Position numbers and translations under genes: made by a program
The notes under the pieces: generated by a model
What the model saw: the letters and a program-made list of their open reading frames with translations, nothing else
Told to the model about the DNA's origin: nothing
Database searches by the model: none
Shown here: piece after piece, positions 62,455 to 64,000 of the stretch
Numbering within the stretch: position 1 is the stretch's first letter
Layout: the number at the start of each line of letters is the position of its first letter
NCBI GenBank assembly: GCA_964016885.1
Contig: CAXHJY010000102.1
Location: forward strand, 1 to 64,000
Source: Eledone cirrhosa
Lineage: Eukaryota
DNA length: 64,000 nucleotides
Direction of reading: 5' to 3'

Positions 62455-64000
62455 TCAAAGGAAAAATAATTCCTAAATAATGATGATTATGTAACTGAAG
62501 ACTGAAATGTAAATTACAATATTTATGACAAAGCTGCTAAGCATGTGCAGACATTGAAAATAAAAGCATATAGAAAATGTGGGCGGTCATTGAAATAGCA
62601 AAAAAAGTGTTTCCAGCAATAATAGAAAGAAAAGTAAAAAGAATAAAAATGGTATGAATAAGAGTAAATAATAAAAAAGATATAAGTAATCCATATACAC
62701 TCATGCACTGCAATCACATGTACATTTATGAATGTGTGTGTGTATATATATATATAAAACCATGTACACAGACATATAAGCAAAGAAACACAAAATTTAT
62801 ACACATTAACCCACAGCTCTAAGCATAATAGATTTGTCATGTCACTGAATCTGCAAGTCAGTTCCTTCAGTATTGGCCAATGCACACACACACACCACCA
62901 CATGAGTTAGCCGAGTTGTTGCTTGTTGAAGCCTGTCTGGTCAGGTGACCACATCTTGCTTGTGGCTTGATTTCTACAGAACATTTTATTGTGACACCAC
63001 CACTATCACCTTACAGAGTAGACAGTGTTTTTGGTTATGAATTTAACATTATTACATTATAGGTCTGAGTTCAAATCCCGCCGAGGTTAACTTTGCCTTT
63101 CATCCTTACGGGGTCGATAAAATAAAGTACCAGTAATACACTGGATAATTGCTGGCTTTGTGCCAAAAGTAGAAACTATTACATTATAGGTTGGACTGGG
63201 CGCATTTCTTCATGGCATCAGCACATCAACTTGAGTGTAGGCTGGGTGCATTTTAGAGTGGCATCAGCACTACTTCATTATAACACTAAGTGGTCAGTGT
63301 CCTTGGTCTGATTGGGAATGAGAGTTGGGGGATACAGACATCCTACTGTTGGAGAAGTACCAGGTCATGGAGGTGGCCTTAAAGCAAGTGGATATATGTA
63401 TACATTATCTGATGGAATAATGTAAACATAAAACACATTGCACCTTCCTACTGTGAAGAGGTAGCAACACATGCCAAAATCACTTCATCTAGATGAGACT
63501 GTGAAGGCCTAGAAATAGTATTGTTAAAAAAAACTGCAAGGAACTTATATGTAAATATGAAAAATAAAACAGCCAAAAAGTTTAAAACCATAACAGTCAT
63601 GTTTTCAATACAATATGTTTAAAAAATACAAACTTATCATACATACATACACAAATATATAACCAATTGAAGAAACACAAATTCATCCATCTCAATTTTG
63701 GACAATCAGGACAAAAAACATCTAAAAGACGGACAATTTTCTGAGATTTTTTATTCACTAACTTTACTTCCATCTTACGCTAGATTTGTCAAGTTCCAAA
63801 TGGTGTCACAATAAAATGCATCTAGTACACTCTGTAAAGTGGTTGGCATTAGGTAGGTTATACAGCTGTAGAAACCATGCAAAGAACCGACTGTATGAAA
63901 AAGTCGTGGTTGCCAGACCCATCCATCTTGTCTCAGACCAGAACAACCTATCCAAGCCATGCCAGCATGGAAAACAGACATAATATGCTGATGATGGTTA

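Overview
AT-rich eukaryotic (animal) genomic DNA. The repeat repertoire (tRNA-derived SINEs and RTE LINE tails ending in (GAT)n, long (TA)n/(CA)n tracts) suggests an octopus/cephalopod; this is an inference. One protein-coding gene spans the window on the minus strand: a MICAL-like (MICALL1/2-family) adaptor. It has six phase-consistent GT-AG coding exons (42071-41923, 37115-37067, 33917-33779, 30446-30316, 28921-26570, 11670-11565) encoding a CH domain, an apparently half LIM domain, a very large low-complexity exon with a 14x 8-aa repeat, and the start of the C-terminal bMERB coiled coil. The rest of the CDS probably lies left of the window. Everything else is intronic or upstream transposon material: a mariner nested in another mariner, RTE LINEs carrying a PHD finger, CRE-like, Penelope-like and CR1-like fragments, piggyBac- and hAT-type MITEs, modular SINEs and microsatellites. 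The most unusual signal is a set of minimal hammerhead-ribozyme-like motifs with co-varying palindromic helix-III tetramers, several of them at the centre of fold-back (palindromic) duplications. Most short ORFs in the supplied track are microsatellite or repeat artefacts.
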